IMG/VR virus record: IMGVR_UViG_3300012964_000007
Coordinates: 1 to 44,003 of that record
DNA: 44,003 nucleotides
Source: a virus
Strand: one strand, 5' to 3'
Shown one piece after another: positions 25,459-34,471 of the stretch. Within the stretch, counting starts at the first letter, position 1. Each line of letters opens with the position of its first letter. The notes below the pieces were generated by a model. That model was not told the origin of the DNA. It searched no databases and worked only from the letters and a program-made list of their open reading frames with translations. The position numbers and the translations under genes are program-made.

Positions 25459-26019
25459 ATGAACCTATACCATTCAAAACTTGGTAAAACTTTAGGCATT
25501 ACTGTAGATGGAGAGTGTTTTGTAGTCCCCACAACTAAATATAAGAGCGCAATAAAGAGCGAAATAAAGGCACTTGAAAAATCGTTGAGTTCGCTAATCG
25601 AATTTCGCAGAGATTTGCACACCTATGTGCACAATAAAAACTGGAACTTTGTTGAGAAGGAAAACTATCTATACTATGCAGATGGATTTTTTGTGCAGTT
25701 CCTCGTGAATTTTTACCAAAAGAAAATTGATGAACTTACCTCAAAACTTTCTTTCATTGGTGTGGAAAAGAGTGTGGATAATGGGTATAACGTAGACCTA
25801 GAACGAGCAAAAAAAATACCAATAACAAACTATATAAAATTTAATGGAGGATTTTCACCGTGTATCTTCCACAAAGAAAAGACCGGTTCGATGAAGTATT
25901 ATCAAAAGTCGAATCGCGTTCACTGTTTCGGATGCGGGAAAGATGAAGATGTGATCGGTGTGGTGCAGCAGTTACACGGAGTAGGATTTTTACAAGCGGT
26001 GAGAATAATTAATGGATAA
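25459..26019 (+). CDS. CHC2 (DnaG-type) zinc-finger protein (186 aa); primase-related
   Basis: CIFHKEKTGSMKYYQKSNRVHCFGCGKDEDVIG matches the CxxH...CxxC primase zinc finger. I did not recognise a TOPRIM domain. Confidence 0.55.
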   Translation: MNLYHSKLGKTLGITVDGECFVVPTTKYKSAIKSEIKALEKSLSSLIEFRRDLHTYVHNKNWNFVEKENYLYYADGFFVQFLVNFYQKKIDELTSKLSFIGVEKSVDNGYNVDLERAKKIPITNYIKFNGGFSPCIFHKEKTGSMKYYQKSNRVHCFGCGKDEDVIGVVQQLHGVGFLQAVRIING

Positions 26020-27250
26020 GATGTCAAAAATAACCAGCATCAAACAACTCGTTGACTTGTACACCTCGATATACTACCTCGAGGATACATCTATCATTCC
26101 TCTTGTGTGTGCTGTTGCTCTTTCTAATAAGCTCCCCGGTGATCCTATCTGGCTTATGATTGTCGGAGGAAGCTCATCAGGAAAGTCAGAGATTGTGAAT
26201 GCGATTACTGCTCTTCCGTTTGTTCACGAGATTTCAATGCTTACCCCAAACACACTCCTTTCGGGAATGAAGGCGAAGGGCGGTAAGGAGACATCGCTAC
26301 TTCTCCGTATTCCTCGAAGTAGCGTTATCGTGATGAAAGACTTCACTACGATTCTTTCCATGAACAAGGAAGACCAACAGGCAATCATGGGTCAGTTCCG
26401 TGAGATGTATGATGGCAAGATGAGCAAGGACACTGGAACCGGCGATACTTTAAAGTGGGAAGGAAAGATAACGCTTCTCGCTGGTGTTACTGAAAAGATT
26501 CACGCGGTGTCTGCAAAATTTGATGGTATGGGAACGCGCGCTATTAACTACACCATGGTTCCTCAAGACCGTATGAAGACCGCTCGGCGCTCCGTAGTTA
26601 TCGCTAAGGGCATCAAACAGCACCGCGAGGACATCCGACAAGCATTCAAGGAATACATCGAATACATCCTCCCCATTATCGTAGACAAAGAATACACCGT
26701 GGACGAAGTCACGAGCCAAAAAATCCTTAACGTCTCGGACTTCGCCGCTCTCGCACGCTCACCGGTAGAACGCGACTTCCAAGGCAAAATGGCGTTGGTG
26801 CTATCCCCAGAAATGCCGATGCGTATGTCAAACCAGCTTCATCTTTTTGCGAGTGTTTTTATGGCCATGGAAGATGGGAAGTTACTTCCTGAATATGAGC
26901 GTATCATTTACAAGGTCGCTATTGATTGTATTCCTAAAGGGCGCCGTATGGTCGCAGAGAGGCTTGCGCAGTTCGATAAGGTGACAACAAAGGCTTTGGC
27001 TATGGATCTTAACTATGAGACCGACAGAATCGGTATGTGGCTCGGGGAATTAAACGTTCTTGGAATATGCAAGAGAGACTCTGGGCGCGGGCCGAGAGGA
27101 GATATCTGGGAGATGAACGAACCATTTAGAACAATTATGCTCGAGTATGGACAACTAAACAGGGAAGTTGGAATCCTTGAAACGGCAGAGGAGGAGTCGA
27201 ATGCTGAAATTAGCAGGAGGGTAGACGAGGAGTGGGATAGCGAATTTTAA
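26012..27250 (+). CDS. P-loop NTPase, replicative helicase/primase-associated ATPase candidate (412 aa)
   Basis: Walker A MIVGGSSSGKSE and Walker-B-like SSVIVMKDF. Overlaps the zinc-finger gene by 8 nt. Confidence 0.55.
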   Translation: MDKMSKITSIKQLVDLYTSIYYLEDTSIIPLVCAVALSNKLPGDPIWLMIVGGSSSGKSEIVNAITALPFVHEISMLTPNTLLSGMKAKGGKETSLLLRIPRSSVIVMKDFTTILSMNKEDQQAIMGQFREMYDGKMSKDTGTGDTLKWEGKITLLAGVTEKIHAVSAKFDGMGTRAINYTMVPQDRMKTARRSVVIAKGIKQHREDIRQAFKEYIEYILPIIVDKEYTVDEVTSQKILNVSDFAALARSPVERDFQGKMALVLSPEMPMRMSNQLHLFASVFMAMEDGKLLPEYERIIYKVAIDCIPKGRRMVAERLAQFDKVTTKALAMDLNYETDRIGMWLGELNVLGICKRDSGRGPRGDIWEMNEPFRTIMLEYGQLNREVGILETAEEESNAEISRRVDEEWDSEF

Positions 27251-27253
27251 TGT

Positions 27254-28489
27254 ATGAAGAATCCTAAAGTAGATAAAACAACACATCCACCTGTTGCACA
27301 AATAAGTCTATTCAAGCATCAGCGGGATATCATAATAAAAAATCCTTCTCGTCATCTTCTTGCATGGGGGACTGGAACTGGCAAAACCCGTACAGCGATT
27401 GAAATTGCGTACAAAAATTGCTCGTCGTTCCTTGTTATCTGCCCAAAATCACTGAAAGAAAACTGGAGGAGAGAGATTGGAAAATGGAACGGGGGAAGAA
27501 TATCTTCGTGGCATGTGATAAGCAAGGAGGAGTTTCGTCGTGATTGGGCGAAACTTGAGAAGTATGAGGGAATCATCGTTGACGAGGCACACTTCTTCGC
27601 CGGGCAGAAAAGCCAGATGACAAAAAACTTGAAGGCATATTGCAAAAAACATCAGATAAAGTACCGATGGCTTTTAACAGCGACACCGTACCTGAGTAAT
27701 GCGTGGAATATCCACACGCTTGCCGGTCATTTGGGGATTGAATGGAACTACTGGCAGTTCAAGAACCAGTTCTTTTATGATGTTCCTATGGGATTCAGAA
27801 CCATTCCTATGCAGAGGAAGGGTATTGAGGAAGACCTCGCAGCGCTTGTGAATGTGATTGGGAGCACGGTAAGCATGGAAGACTGCGTTGATATGCCAGA
27901 CCAGGTATTCGATGTAGAGTATTTCAAGATGACAACCGAACAAAAGAAGGCCATCGAGGGGATTGAGGAGACGAATCACATTGTGAGGTGGACTAAAATA
28001 CATCAGATTTGTGGTGGGTATGTCAAGGGCGACGAATATGTCAAAGGCGGTGAAATCGCGTGTGACAAGCTCGATCGCCTGAAGGAAATCATTGAGGAAA
28101 ACAAAAGGACAATCGTGGTCGCGCGCTATCTTGGGGAAATAGAGATGATTAAGAATGTCCTTAAGGGTAAGAATGTCCATATTATTCAAGGCGACACAAA
28201 GGACAAGCAGGGGGTCCTTGATGGGCTTCGCAATAGCGAAGAATATGTCCTTTTGGTTTCTGCGGGGTGTAGTGAGGGGTGGGAGTTGCCGGAATGCCCT
28301 TTGATGGTATTTTATAGTTACGATTTTTCGTTGAAAAATTATATCCAGCTATTAGGCAGAATACAAAGAATTAATAATGTCAAGAAGAATACTTACATCT
28401 CATTGGTAGTCGAGGACTCCATCGACGAGGATGTGTACGAGTCGATGATGAAGAAGGAGGATTTTCATTTAGCGCTGTACAAGAAATAA
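27254..28489 (+). CDS. SNF2/DEAD-like superfamily-2 helicase (411 aa)
   Basis: Motif I AWGTGTGKT, motif II IIVDEAHFF, motif VI-like QLLGRIQR. Confidence 0.75.
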   Translation: MKNPKVDKTTHPPVAQISLFKHQRDIIIKNPSRHLLAWGTGTGKTRTAIEIAYKNCSSFLVICPKSLKENWRREIGKWNGGRISSWHVISKEEFRRDWAKLEKYEGIIVDEAHFFAGQKSQMTKNLKAYCKKHQIKYRWLLTATPYLSNAWNIHTLAGHLGIEWNYWQFKNQFFYDVPMGFRTIPMQRKGIEEDLAALVNVIGSTVSMEDCVDMPDQVFDVEYFKMTTEQKKAIEGIEETNHIVRWTKIHQICGGYVKGDEYVKGGEIACDKLDRLKEIIEENKRTIVVARYLGEIEMIKNVLKGKNVHIIQGDTKDKQGVLDGLRNSEEYVLLVSAGCSEGWELPECPLMVFYSYDFSLKNYIQLLGRIQRINNVKKNTYISLVVEDSIDEDVYESMMKKEDFHLALYKK

Positions 28490-28490
28490 C

Positions 28491-29138
28491 ATGATAAACA
28501 AGATAATACACGGTGATTTTCGAAACTATAGTATCCCCAAAGATGCTTTCTTTATTAGCGATCCGCCGTATAATCAGAAATACCACTATTCAACCTATGG
28601 AGACGATTTGCCAACGACTGAATATGGGAAACTTTTAGAAGATGCTTTTAAGGGAAGAAAATCGGCAATTATTCTCTATCCAGAAGAAACAATAAACATT
28701 CTAGGAGGTGGTATGTTTGGAAAAGTGATGCAGGTTGTCTCTTGGATTTATAACTCAAACACAGCGAAACAATCACGACTCATCACTTGGTGGAACTGTA
28801 AACCAGATTTTACCAAAATTGGGCAACCATATAAAAATCCAACAGACAAAAGAATTGCGAAACGAATTGCTGAAGGAAAGACCGCTCGTGCATACGACTG
28901 GTGGGAAATAAATCAAGTAAAAAATGTTAGTAAAAAAGATAATCCACATCCCTGTCCTATTCCATATGAACTTGCTGAAAAAATAATTCTCTCAACAACG
29001 AAAGAAGGAGACCTAGTGATTGATCCGTTCTGTGGAAGTGGTACAGTATTACTAGCCGCTAAAAACAATGGACGCAATTATTTAGGTTTCGATATAGATT
29101 TAAACTATGTAGAATATGCACGAAAACAATTGATATGA
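28491..29138 (+). CDS. DNA amino-methyltransferase (N6-A or N4-C), beta-class motif order (215 aa)
   Basis: Catalytic DPPY (FISDPPYNQ) near the N-terminus and the SAM motif VIDPFCGSGT near the C-terminus. Confidence 0.8.
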   Translation: MINKIIHGDFRNYSIPKDAFFISDPPYNQKYHYSTYGDDLPTTEYGKLLEDAFKGRKSAIILYPEETINILGGGMFGKVMQVVSWIYNSNTAKQSRLITWWNCKPDFTKIGQPYKNPTDKRIAKRIAEGKTARAYDWWEINQVKNVSKKDNPHPCPIPYELAEKIILSTTKEGDLVIDPFCGSGTVLLAAKNNGRNYLGFDIDLNYVEYARKQLI

Positions 29139-29518
29139 ACGAACGCGACATCACAACACCCATCCTAAAATGCATGAGGCATCGGTTTGGTGCTACTTGT
29201 GCGATTGAGATTAAGATATGTAAAACGAAGAGTCTCCCATTTTCGAGACTCGAGGAACACCAGAAGAACGCATTACTGAACGCCAAGCACGGATGTGTGG
29301 TGCATAAGATCGCCGATTGTGGCTACCAGAACCCGTTTGATGCGTTTATGCTATGCAATGAGCCGGCATTTGTGGTGGTGATGTTTTACAAGAGGGGGCA
29401 GAAAGAGTTTTTTGCGATCGATATCGATGACTGGGTTAAAGAGGAAGCGGCATCTGTTCGACGTTCTCTTTTGGAGTCTCGGGCTCGGCAAATAGGGCAG
29501 TCATACCTGATCGGATAG
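29135..29518 (+). CDS. PD-(D/E)XK nuclease, RecU/VRR-NUC-like resolvase candidate (127 aa)
   Basis: CAIEIKICKTKSLPFSRLEEHQKNALL fits the ExK ... HQ pattern of RecU/VRR-NUC-type nucleases (from memory). ATGA overlap with the methyltransferase gene. Confidence 0.45.
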   Translation: MNERDITTPILKCMRHRFGATCAIEIKICKTKSLPFSRLEEHQKNALLNAKHGCVVHKIADCGYQNPFDAFMLCNEPAFVVVMFYKRGQKEFFAIDIDDWVKEEAASVRRSLLESRARQIGQSYLIG

Positions 29519-29694
29519 CGGCATCTACACATCTGTGGCATATCTTCCCCTTATTCTCTCCTTTGTGATGTTCCTTCAATACTGACCGCTTGGTATCCAC
29601 TGGATAAGGACTCGGTCCACAGTAGAAATCAATAGAAAGAACTATCGGGGTTAGTGACTTGACGATATGGAACATCTCCTCTGATTTTCTGTTT

Positions 29695-30087
29695 TTATAG
29701 AGCGCGATCATATTGTTTATTAAAAAACTCTGTTGTAAAATTTTCGTATTCCCTCCAGTCGATGCCGAGTTCCTGGCATATGAGACGTTCCATAATCGTT
29801 GCAAACTGGTGCTCTTTATAATATGGTGCATCTTTTTCATCTCCTGGCTCCCCATCTTTCCCAGAGTTTTCATAGGCTATATCGAATGCGGAAATACTTT
29901 CTTCGGATATCCCCCTCTTTCTACATAGGTACTGCTCAATGAGCTCGTGGATCGCAATTAAAAATTCAGCATCCTCATTCCCCACATCGGAAACAAAAAT
30001 GTGAGATTCTCCGTCTTTGTCGTAATAGTCACCCAATGTTGGGTATCGGTGATATTGGTGTTGAATTGTCTTGATTGATATTTTCAT
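29695..30087 (-). CDS. Hypothetical protein (130 aa)
   Basis: Clean ATG ORF and last clear gene of the leftward early block. Contains AIHELIEQ, of unknown significance. Confidence 0.5.
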   Translation of the reverse strand: MKISIKTIQHQYHRYPTLGDYYDKDGESHIFVSDVGNEDAEFLIAIHELIEQYLCRKRGISEESISAFDIAYENSGKDGEPGDEKDAPYYKEHQFATIMERLICQELGIDWREYENFTTEFFNKQYDRAL

Positions 30088-30419
30088 ATTGTATTATGTT
30101 TACAAGGGTTCTCACGCTGCTGTTTATATGGTCTCTTTGAGCAATCAGCACAGGGGATTTTAATATTACTGCCACCAGATTGATATTCCTGCTTTTTTCT
30201 TACGGTGTACTTGATTGAAAAACATTCTTTGCACAGTGAATTTTTACCTAAAAGGCCATTCTTGTTATTAAAAAATTTATCAAGTTTAAATACTTCCTTA
30301 CATTCTGCACACCTTTTTGTTTTTGCGCAAGATCTACCAACGCATTCTAGGCAGACACGCCCCTTTTTTATGAAGTAATCGTGACCCTTTTCTGTTTTGC
30401 AGATTACACAAGTTTTCAT
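30084..30419 (-). CDS. Multi-CxxC zinc-ribbon protein (111 aa)
   Basis: Five CxxC pairs: CVIC, CLEC, CAEC, CKEC, CADC. ATGA coupling at both ends. Confidence 0.55.
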   Translation of the reverse strand: MKTCVICKTEKGHDYFIKKGRVCLECVGRSCAKTKRCAECKEVFKLDKFFNNKNGLLGKNSLCKECFSIKYTVRKKQEYQSGGSNIKIPCADCSKRPYKQQRENPCKHNTI

Positions 30420-30607
30420 TCTATTCTTCTAATTAGTTGATTAAGTACTTGCTTGATTTGTGTCGACCAGTAGCGCTGTTCTTCCTGTCGTACCTTGTTA
30501 GCAATCTTCTCGCACGGGGTACACACGCCACCGAAGTAGGGGACAGAAGTATCTTCGCAGTATTTACAGAGAAACTGTTGGTTGTTGTCGGAGTAGTGGG
30601 TGGTCAT
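30416..30607 (-). CDS. Zinc-ribbon mini-protein (63 aa)
   Basis: CKYC ... CTPC. ATGA overlaps with both neighbours. Confidence 0.5.
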   Translation of the reverse strand: MTTHYSDNNQQFLCKYCEDTSVPYFGGVCTPCEKIANKVRQEEQRYWSTQIKQVLNQLIRRIE

Positions 30608-30948
30608 TTCTTGTTAAGTTCTAACCAAAGCTTTGCGACTGCTTCTTCGGGGGTATCTCCATCAAAACCATTCATTCCTCTTGCTTTTATTGGTTCCGGC
30701 TGATTTGAATTTAGTGCCTCAAAATACGCGATAAATTTTTTAGAATTTGTGAAAAATTTATTTACTCGTAGAGAGTCAAAATCATTCCCACACGCTTCTA
30801 TGAGTTCAGGGAGGGTAGGTGAGTAAAAAGTCGTATTTGGACCATTGACATCAGTTGAAAATCCAAGTGAAGCAGTTTTAAAAATTGCATTGTGTTCTTT
30901 TTGTGGGAATCCCGCGTCTTTAAGTTGTTTTGCTAGTTCGTAATTCAT
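30604..30948 (-). CDS. Hypothetical protein (114 aa)
   Basis: MNYELAKQLKDAGFPQ ... TPEEAVAKLWLELNKK, a sequence style I recall from uncharacterised phage proteins. Confidence 0.5.
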   Translation of the reverse strand: MNYELAKQLKDAGFPQKEHNAIFKTASLGFSTDVNGPNTTFYSPTLPELIEACGNDFDSLRVNKFFTNSKKFIAYFEALNSNQPEPIKARGMNGFDGDTPEEAVAKLWLELNKK

Positions 30949-31117
30949 AAGGTGATTTCTTAACTTGTCGTTTAATTCTGCGTGTTTCTTTTTCGCCGAT
31001 AAAGGCTTCCAAGCGCTTCTTTATCATCTCACATTCTATGCACCCGTCTTGAAAGCGCTCTAAGGAGAGTTCATAGAGATGCTCGGCGTTCATTGGGGAG
31101 AAGGATATGCGGGTCAT
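30920..31117 (-). CDS. Hypothetical protein (65 aa)
   Basis: ATG ORF in the coupled gene chain. Confidence 0.4.
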   Translation of the reverse strand: MTRISFSPMNAEHLYELSLERFQDGCIECEMIKKRLEAFIGEKETRRIKRQVKKSPYELRTSKTT

Positions 31118-31314
31118 AGTATTTTATTTATTTTTATTAGACATTTAGGACAATAAAGAAAAGCTACACCACTTTCTCTGCCAATGTGTAATCTTGTATA
31201 ACAAAAAGAACATGCATCATACTGAATCCTGTTTTTTCTAATAGATTCCTCGGAAACACGACCTCGTTTATTCCAACCTACCGCGATACCTAAAATTGTT
31301 TTTGGGAATGGCAT
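31114..31314 (-). CDS. Zinc-ribbon mini-protein (66 aa)
   Basis: CSFC ... CPKC. ATGA overlap downstream. Confidence 0.45.
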   Translation of the reverse strand: MPFPKTILGIAVGWNKRGRVSEESIRKNRIQYDACSFCYTRLHIGRESGVAFLYCPKCLIKINKIL

Positions 31315-31326
31315 TTTAGTTTGTTC

Positions 31327-31602
31327 TTAATAATACTCTCTACTTTCTTTAGATTTCTCATAAGGAAAGCATTTTTTACAAAATTGAAACGCATCATAAA
31401 CATTTGGTACGAGTTCTATATCTAGCCCCAGCTTCTTTCTCTCCTCACGGTGTCTTTTTAGTGATTTAAGAATATTTGCTGTGATTTCTAACGGATTGTC
31501 TGTCTTAAACTTTCCTTGATAGTCATAGAGCGCAAAGTAAAGCCACGTGGGGGTAGTGCTGTTTAATTTATTGTGGTGGTTGCAAATTGGGGTTCGTTTC
31601 AT
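31327..31602 (-). CDS. Hypothetical protein (91 aa)
   Basis: ATG ORF in the chain. Confidence 0.45.
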   Translation of the reverse strand: MKRTPICNHHNKLNSTTPTWLYFALYDYQGKFKTDNPLEITANILKSLKRHREERKKLGLDIELVPNVYDAFQFCKKCFPYEKSKESREYY

Positions 31603-31952
31603 TTTATTTTGTTCTTAATAAGGGAGAGGATTTCATCAATAGTATTATTCCTGCCTTTTACTAGACCAGCATTTGTGGAGATTTCTATCATAGACCCCGT
31701 TTTGTGCCATTCTAGTTTTTCTAATTTCTCTATCTCCTCTATCAGTTCTTTAAGGACTTGGTTGCGGGCATCTTTCACATATCTATCGTATTCTTTCTCG
31801 TTTTCTTTTACTATCCCTGTGTAAGTATATCCTTCGATTTCCGTCCCCGTTGCTTCCAGTGGCGCGGGTTGTGGGGTGGAGGAGAGGCAGGTGCAAGTAC
31901 ATCCTTTACAGTTTACTTTATGAGTCCATTTACAATCTGGTTTGTGTTTCAT
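31599..31952 (-). CDS. Hypothetical Cys-rich N-terminus protein (117 aa)
   Basis: CKWTHKVNCKGCTCTC followed by a coiled-coil-like tail. ATGA overlap downstream. Confidence 0.5.
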   Translation of the reverse strand: MKHKPDCKWTHKVNCKGCTCTCLSSTPQPAPLEATGTEIEGYTYTGIVKENEKEYDRYVKDARNQVLKELIEEIEKLEKLEWHKTGSMIEISTNAGLVKGRNNTIDEILSLIKNKIK

Positions 31953-31993
31953 ATTTCTTTAATTTAATTCACGCTGGTAATGGGGGGCTATTG

Positions 31994-32170
31994 CTAAATT
32001 CTCTCTAAATTAGTTGTTTCACAGTTTGGACAACAGTGAGTTTCTATTTTGTCTGCTTTCTTAAAGCCCAATTCTTTTTTAAGTCCACAATTGGTACACA
32101 TAACTTTTACAAAATAGTACCCATCTTTTTTGCCTTCTGGTACTTCATTTTCTGCTTTTGGTTTATACAT
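31994..32170 (-). CDS. Zinc-ribbon mini-protein (58 aa), below the ORF-track cutoff
   Basis: Hand translation: MYKPKAENEVPEGKKDGYYFVKVMCTNCGLKKELGFKKADKIETHCCPNCETTNLERI. Confidence 0.4.
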   Translation of the reverse strand: MYKPKAENEVPEGKKDGYYFVKVMCTNCGLKKELGFKKADKIETHCCPNCETTNLERI

Positions 32171-32179
32171 TTTATTTAT

Positions 32180-32521
32180 TTATTTAATCTCCTCTCTACG
32201 ACTGGGGGCGCAGGCTTTATTTTCAAGGAAACTAGCGACTCGAGCGTCCATTTCGGCTCGACAGGCATTCCACATTTCTACTTCGCCCTCTGTTTCTGCC
32301 ACTGTCCCAAACTTTGCCATATTTCGTTCGGTCATTTTCTCTGGCACTATCTCCTCGCTCATTGTCTGGCAGATGGAGGTTATGTGGGCGGAGAGGAAGG
32401 GCATTATTTCACTTTTAAGAACCCAAATAATTCCATCATCTCCTTCTTTTACTAATTGCATAAATGGCTCCTTCTCAAACGCTTCCTCGGTTTGTGCAAT
32501 TATTTCGTGTAGGGTTTTCAT
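32180..32521 (-). CDS. Hypothetical protein (113 aa)
   Basis: Clean ATG ORF. Confidence 0.5.
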   Translation of the reverse strand: MKTLHEIIAQTEEAFEKEPFMQLVKEGDDGIIWVLKSEIMPFLSAHITSICQTMSEEIVPEKMTERNMAKFGTVAETEGEVEMWNACRAEMDARVASFLENKACAPSRREEIK

Positions 32522-32526
32522 AGGGG

Positions 32527-32628
32527 TTATTCTTCATTAACTGTCTGTTGCCACTTTGCTTGGCACTCAGGGCAGTATTTATGACTTTCGTTACTTTTGT
32601 AACCGCATCTTGCGCATTTGTATTTCAT
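32527..32628 (-). CDS. Zinc-ribbon mini-protein (33 aa), below the ORF-track cutoff
   Basis: Hand translation: MKYKCARCGYKSNESHKYCPECQAKWQQTVNEE. It fills the gap between neighbours. Confidence 0.35.
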   Translation of the reverse strand: MKYKCARCGYKSNESHKYCPECQAKWQQTVNEE

Positions 32629-32634
32629 AATGTT

Positions 32635-32832
32635 TTAGTTAAATGGCACATCCTGATAATTAAGGTCTAGGTCGTTTTGATACATTTCGAGTGCTCTTGC
32701 GTGGTTTTCATTCTTAACTTTTACACCCACACTGCCTGTATCTTTTCGGTAGACCATTTTTCCTATTCTTTCCTTGAACCAAGAGAAAGTATGTTTCGCT
32801 GGCTTTTTCTTTTTGGTGTTGTTTGCGGGCAT
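32635..32832 (-). CDS. Hypothetical basic protein (65 aa)
   Basis: ATG ORF in the chain. Confidence 0.45.
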   Translation of the reverse strand: MPANNTKKKKPAKHTFSWFKERIGKMVYRKDTGSVGVKVKNENHARALEMYQNDLDLNYQDVPFN

Positions 32833-32922
32833 ATTATTTCCATGAGAATTTAATTAAATGAAACCCTAAACCTCCAATTAAATTCCCGATTATAATTCCA
32901 ATTATTATTTCTTTCATAATAG

Positions 32923-33486
32923 TTATTTGTTAGTCCCTTGGAGGGCGGATAAAAGTAGGTCAAACCTATGCTGCATTGCACTTCCATCAAAACACCACCC
33001 CTCACCGATTCGACCTTCTTCTTTCATTCTTTCTACAAACGATATCACCCTCGCCCTCTCTTCTGCCCGTCCCTCTTCCTTTGCCATTGCTATAAGGCGG
33101 TTGCGTTCACCTTTTATCTCTCCTTCGGCTTCTGCCTTCCCTTGTTCGTAGGCTTCGGCTTTTACGACTGAACGTATCTCGTCAAGTCGTTTATTTGTTT
33201 CTATTTCGTGAGCAGTACATTCCTTGAGTTGGTCTTCTCTTCCTAGCCTGTAGGCTTTGGTGCGTTCGGAGCGGAGGAGGGATTGAATGAAATCAATGGT
33301 GTCCTCTATTGTCCAAACATCGTTTTGTTCTACTCTCCTTACCGCTTCATTCCACTTTTGTTTAAGTATTTTTCTATCCTCCTCCTCTGGTGCAGAGGTG
33401 TCCTCTCTTGGGGTGCAGGTGCAGTGAAATCCTCCTGCTCCAGCTCCGTGTTGATTTTGCATATTGCAGTTGTCGGTGTGGGTCAT
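32923..33486 (-). CDS. Hypothetical coiled-coil protein (187 aa)
   Basis: Clean ATG ORF with an E/R/K-rich central region. Confidence 0.5.
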   Translation of the reverse strand: MTHTDNCNMQNQHGAGAGGFHCTCTPREDTSAPEEEDRKILKQKWNEAVRRVEQNDVWTIEDTIDFIQSLLRSERTKAYRLGREDQLKECTAHEIETNKRLDEIRSVVKAEAYEQGKAEAEGEIKGERNRLIAMAKEEGRAEERARVISFVERMKEEGRIGEGWCFDGSAMQHRFDLLLSALQGTNK

Positions 33487-33488
33487 GT

Positions 33489-34109
33489 TTATTTGATTAC
33501 TGCTGTATAAGTCTTCCCGTCAAGAGTAACAGAAACTTCTTTGCCAGAGAGGGATGGTTCTTTTTTCTCATCTTCAATAGGGGTAATTTCATAGTCTCCT
33601 AGCACATATTGATTTTTCCAATAAGTTGAGCCAGTTTTGTCTGTGATGTCTGTGATTTTTCCTGAATCATCTCCACCTATAAACCAACCTTTTGTGAAGG
33701 ATGCTTTTAGAGACACCCGAGCATTGCCAGACACCCGAGCATCGCCAGACACCCGAGCATTGCCAGACACCCAAGCATTGCCAGACACCTGAGCATCGCC
33801 ATACACCTGAGCATTGCCAGACACCTGAGCATCGCCATACACCTGAGCATTGCCATACACCTGAGCATTGCCAGACACCTGAGCATCGCCATACACCTGA
33901 GCATTGCCATACACCTGAGCATTGCCATACACCTGAGCATTGCCATACACCCAAGCATTGCCATCTTGATTGAGGTTTTCTTCTTTTTCAATGTAGCCAC
34001 CTAGTTCGCCTTTTGCGATTGAGCCGAAGGCAATGAGGGCTTCAATTTGGAATAGTTTGGTTCCGAAATAATCTTTTGATGTTTTTGTAAGTTTGTATTT
34101 TTTTGTCAT
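33489..34109 (-). CDS. Hexapeptide-repeat (left-handed beta-helix type) protein (206 aa)
   Basis: Residues 50-133 are 14 tandem G(N/D)A(Q/W/R)V(Y/S) hexapeptides. N-terminal module KLFQIEALIAFGSIAKGELGGYIEKEENL. Confidence 0.65.
   Translation of the reverse strand: MTKKYKLTKTSKDYFGTKLFQIEALIAFGSIAKGELGGYIEKEENLNQDGNAWVYGNAQVYGNAQVYGNAQVYGDAQVSGNAQVYGNAQVYGDAQVSGNAQVYGDAQVSGNAWVSGNARVSGDARVSGNARVSLKASFTKGWFIGGDDSGKITDITDKTGSTYWKNQYVLGDYEITPIEDEKKEPSLSGKEVSVTLDGKTYTAVIK
33711..33962. repeat. 14 tandem copies of a near-identical 18-bp unit (coding repeat)
   Basis: Unit ACACCTGAGCATTGCCAT and close variants, read directly. All six frames are open across it, which explains the three extra track ORFs. 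Confidence 0.9.
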
Positions 34110-34124
34110 TATGGTGCTATTGAT

Positions 34125-34286
34125 TTAAGAAGCTTGATAAGTGATATTCTCCTCCAAAGGTCTGTCTTCTTTTGGTTGTGTCATTTTTCTACTAGGATGA
34201 TTATAGTTACTACAATCTTTTCTGTCGCATGCCCCAAAGTTTTTTTCTAACGTACATTGGGGACATCTTCTTTTTGGTTGTGTCAT
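34125..34286 (-). CDS. Possible Cys-containing mini-protein (53 aa), below the ORF-track cutoff
   Basis: Hand translation: MTQPKRRCPQCTLEKNFGACDRKDCSNYNHPSRKMTQPKEDRPLEENITYQAS. Contains an internal MTQPK duplication. Confidence 0.3.
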   Translation of the reverse strand: MTQPKRRCPQCTLEKNFGACDRKDCSNYNHPSRKMTQPKEDRPLEENITYQAS

Positions 34287-34290
34287 GGTG

Positions 34291-34461
34291 TTAGTTAATT
34301 GGTTCCTCTACTGCGACCGCTTCGTCTAATTCTACGGGGATTTCGACATATACTTTTACTATTCTTTGTGGTGAAAATTTGAGTGCATCTTCAAGAGTTT
34401 GGTGTGCATTAGGGTAATTAAAACTTTTATCACCTGATGATATATAAATTGTTTTTTTCAT
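34291..34461 (-). CDS. Possible mini-protein (56 aa), below the ORF-track cutoff
   Basis: Hand translation: MKKTIYISSGDKSFNYPNAHQTLEDALKFSPQRIVKVYVEIPVELDEAVAVEEPIN. Confidence 0.35.
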   Translation of the reverse strand: MKKTIYISSGDKSFNYPNAHQTLEDALKFSPQRIVKVYVEIPVELDEAVAVEEPIN

Positions 34462-34471
34462 CTTTTTATTA

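Noticed and set aside
29436-29873. 145-aa minus-strand track ORF. Its 3' part from ATG 29675 (79 aa, ...EHHKGENKGKICHRC...) could be a small HNH-like gene.
   Set aside because: The 5' part overlaps gene 29695-30087 in another frame. The 3' part would overlap the convergent nuclease gene by 83 nt, and the ATG directly abuts its putative SD. It is too uncertain to list as a feature and is worth re-testing by conservation.
33667-34000. Three extra track ORFs (33667-33954 minus, 33701-33973 plus, 33707-34000 minus) with bizarre repetitive products (CSGVWQ..., PEHCQT..., MLRCMA...)
   Set aside because: They are alternative-frame readings of the 18-bp tandem repeat, whose period is a multiple of 3, so every frame stays open. 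Only the frame giving the GNAQVY hexapeptide protein has proper non-repetitive N- and C-terminal domains.
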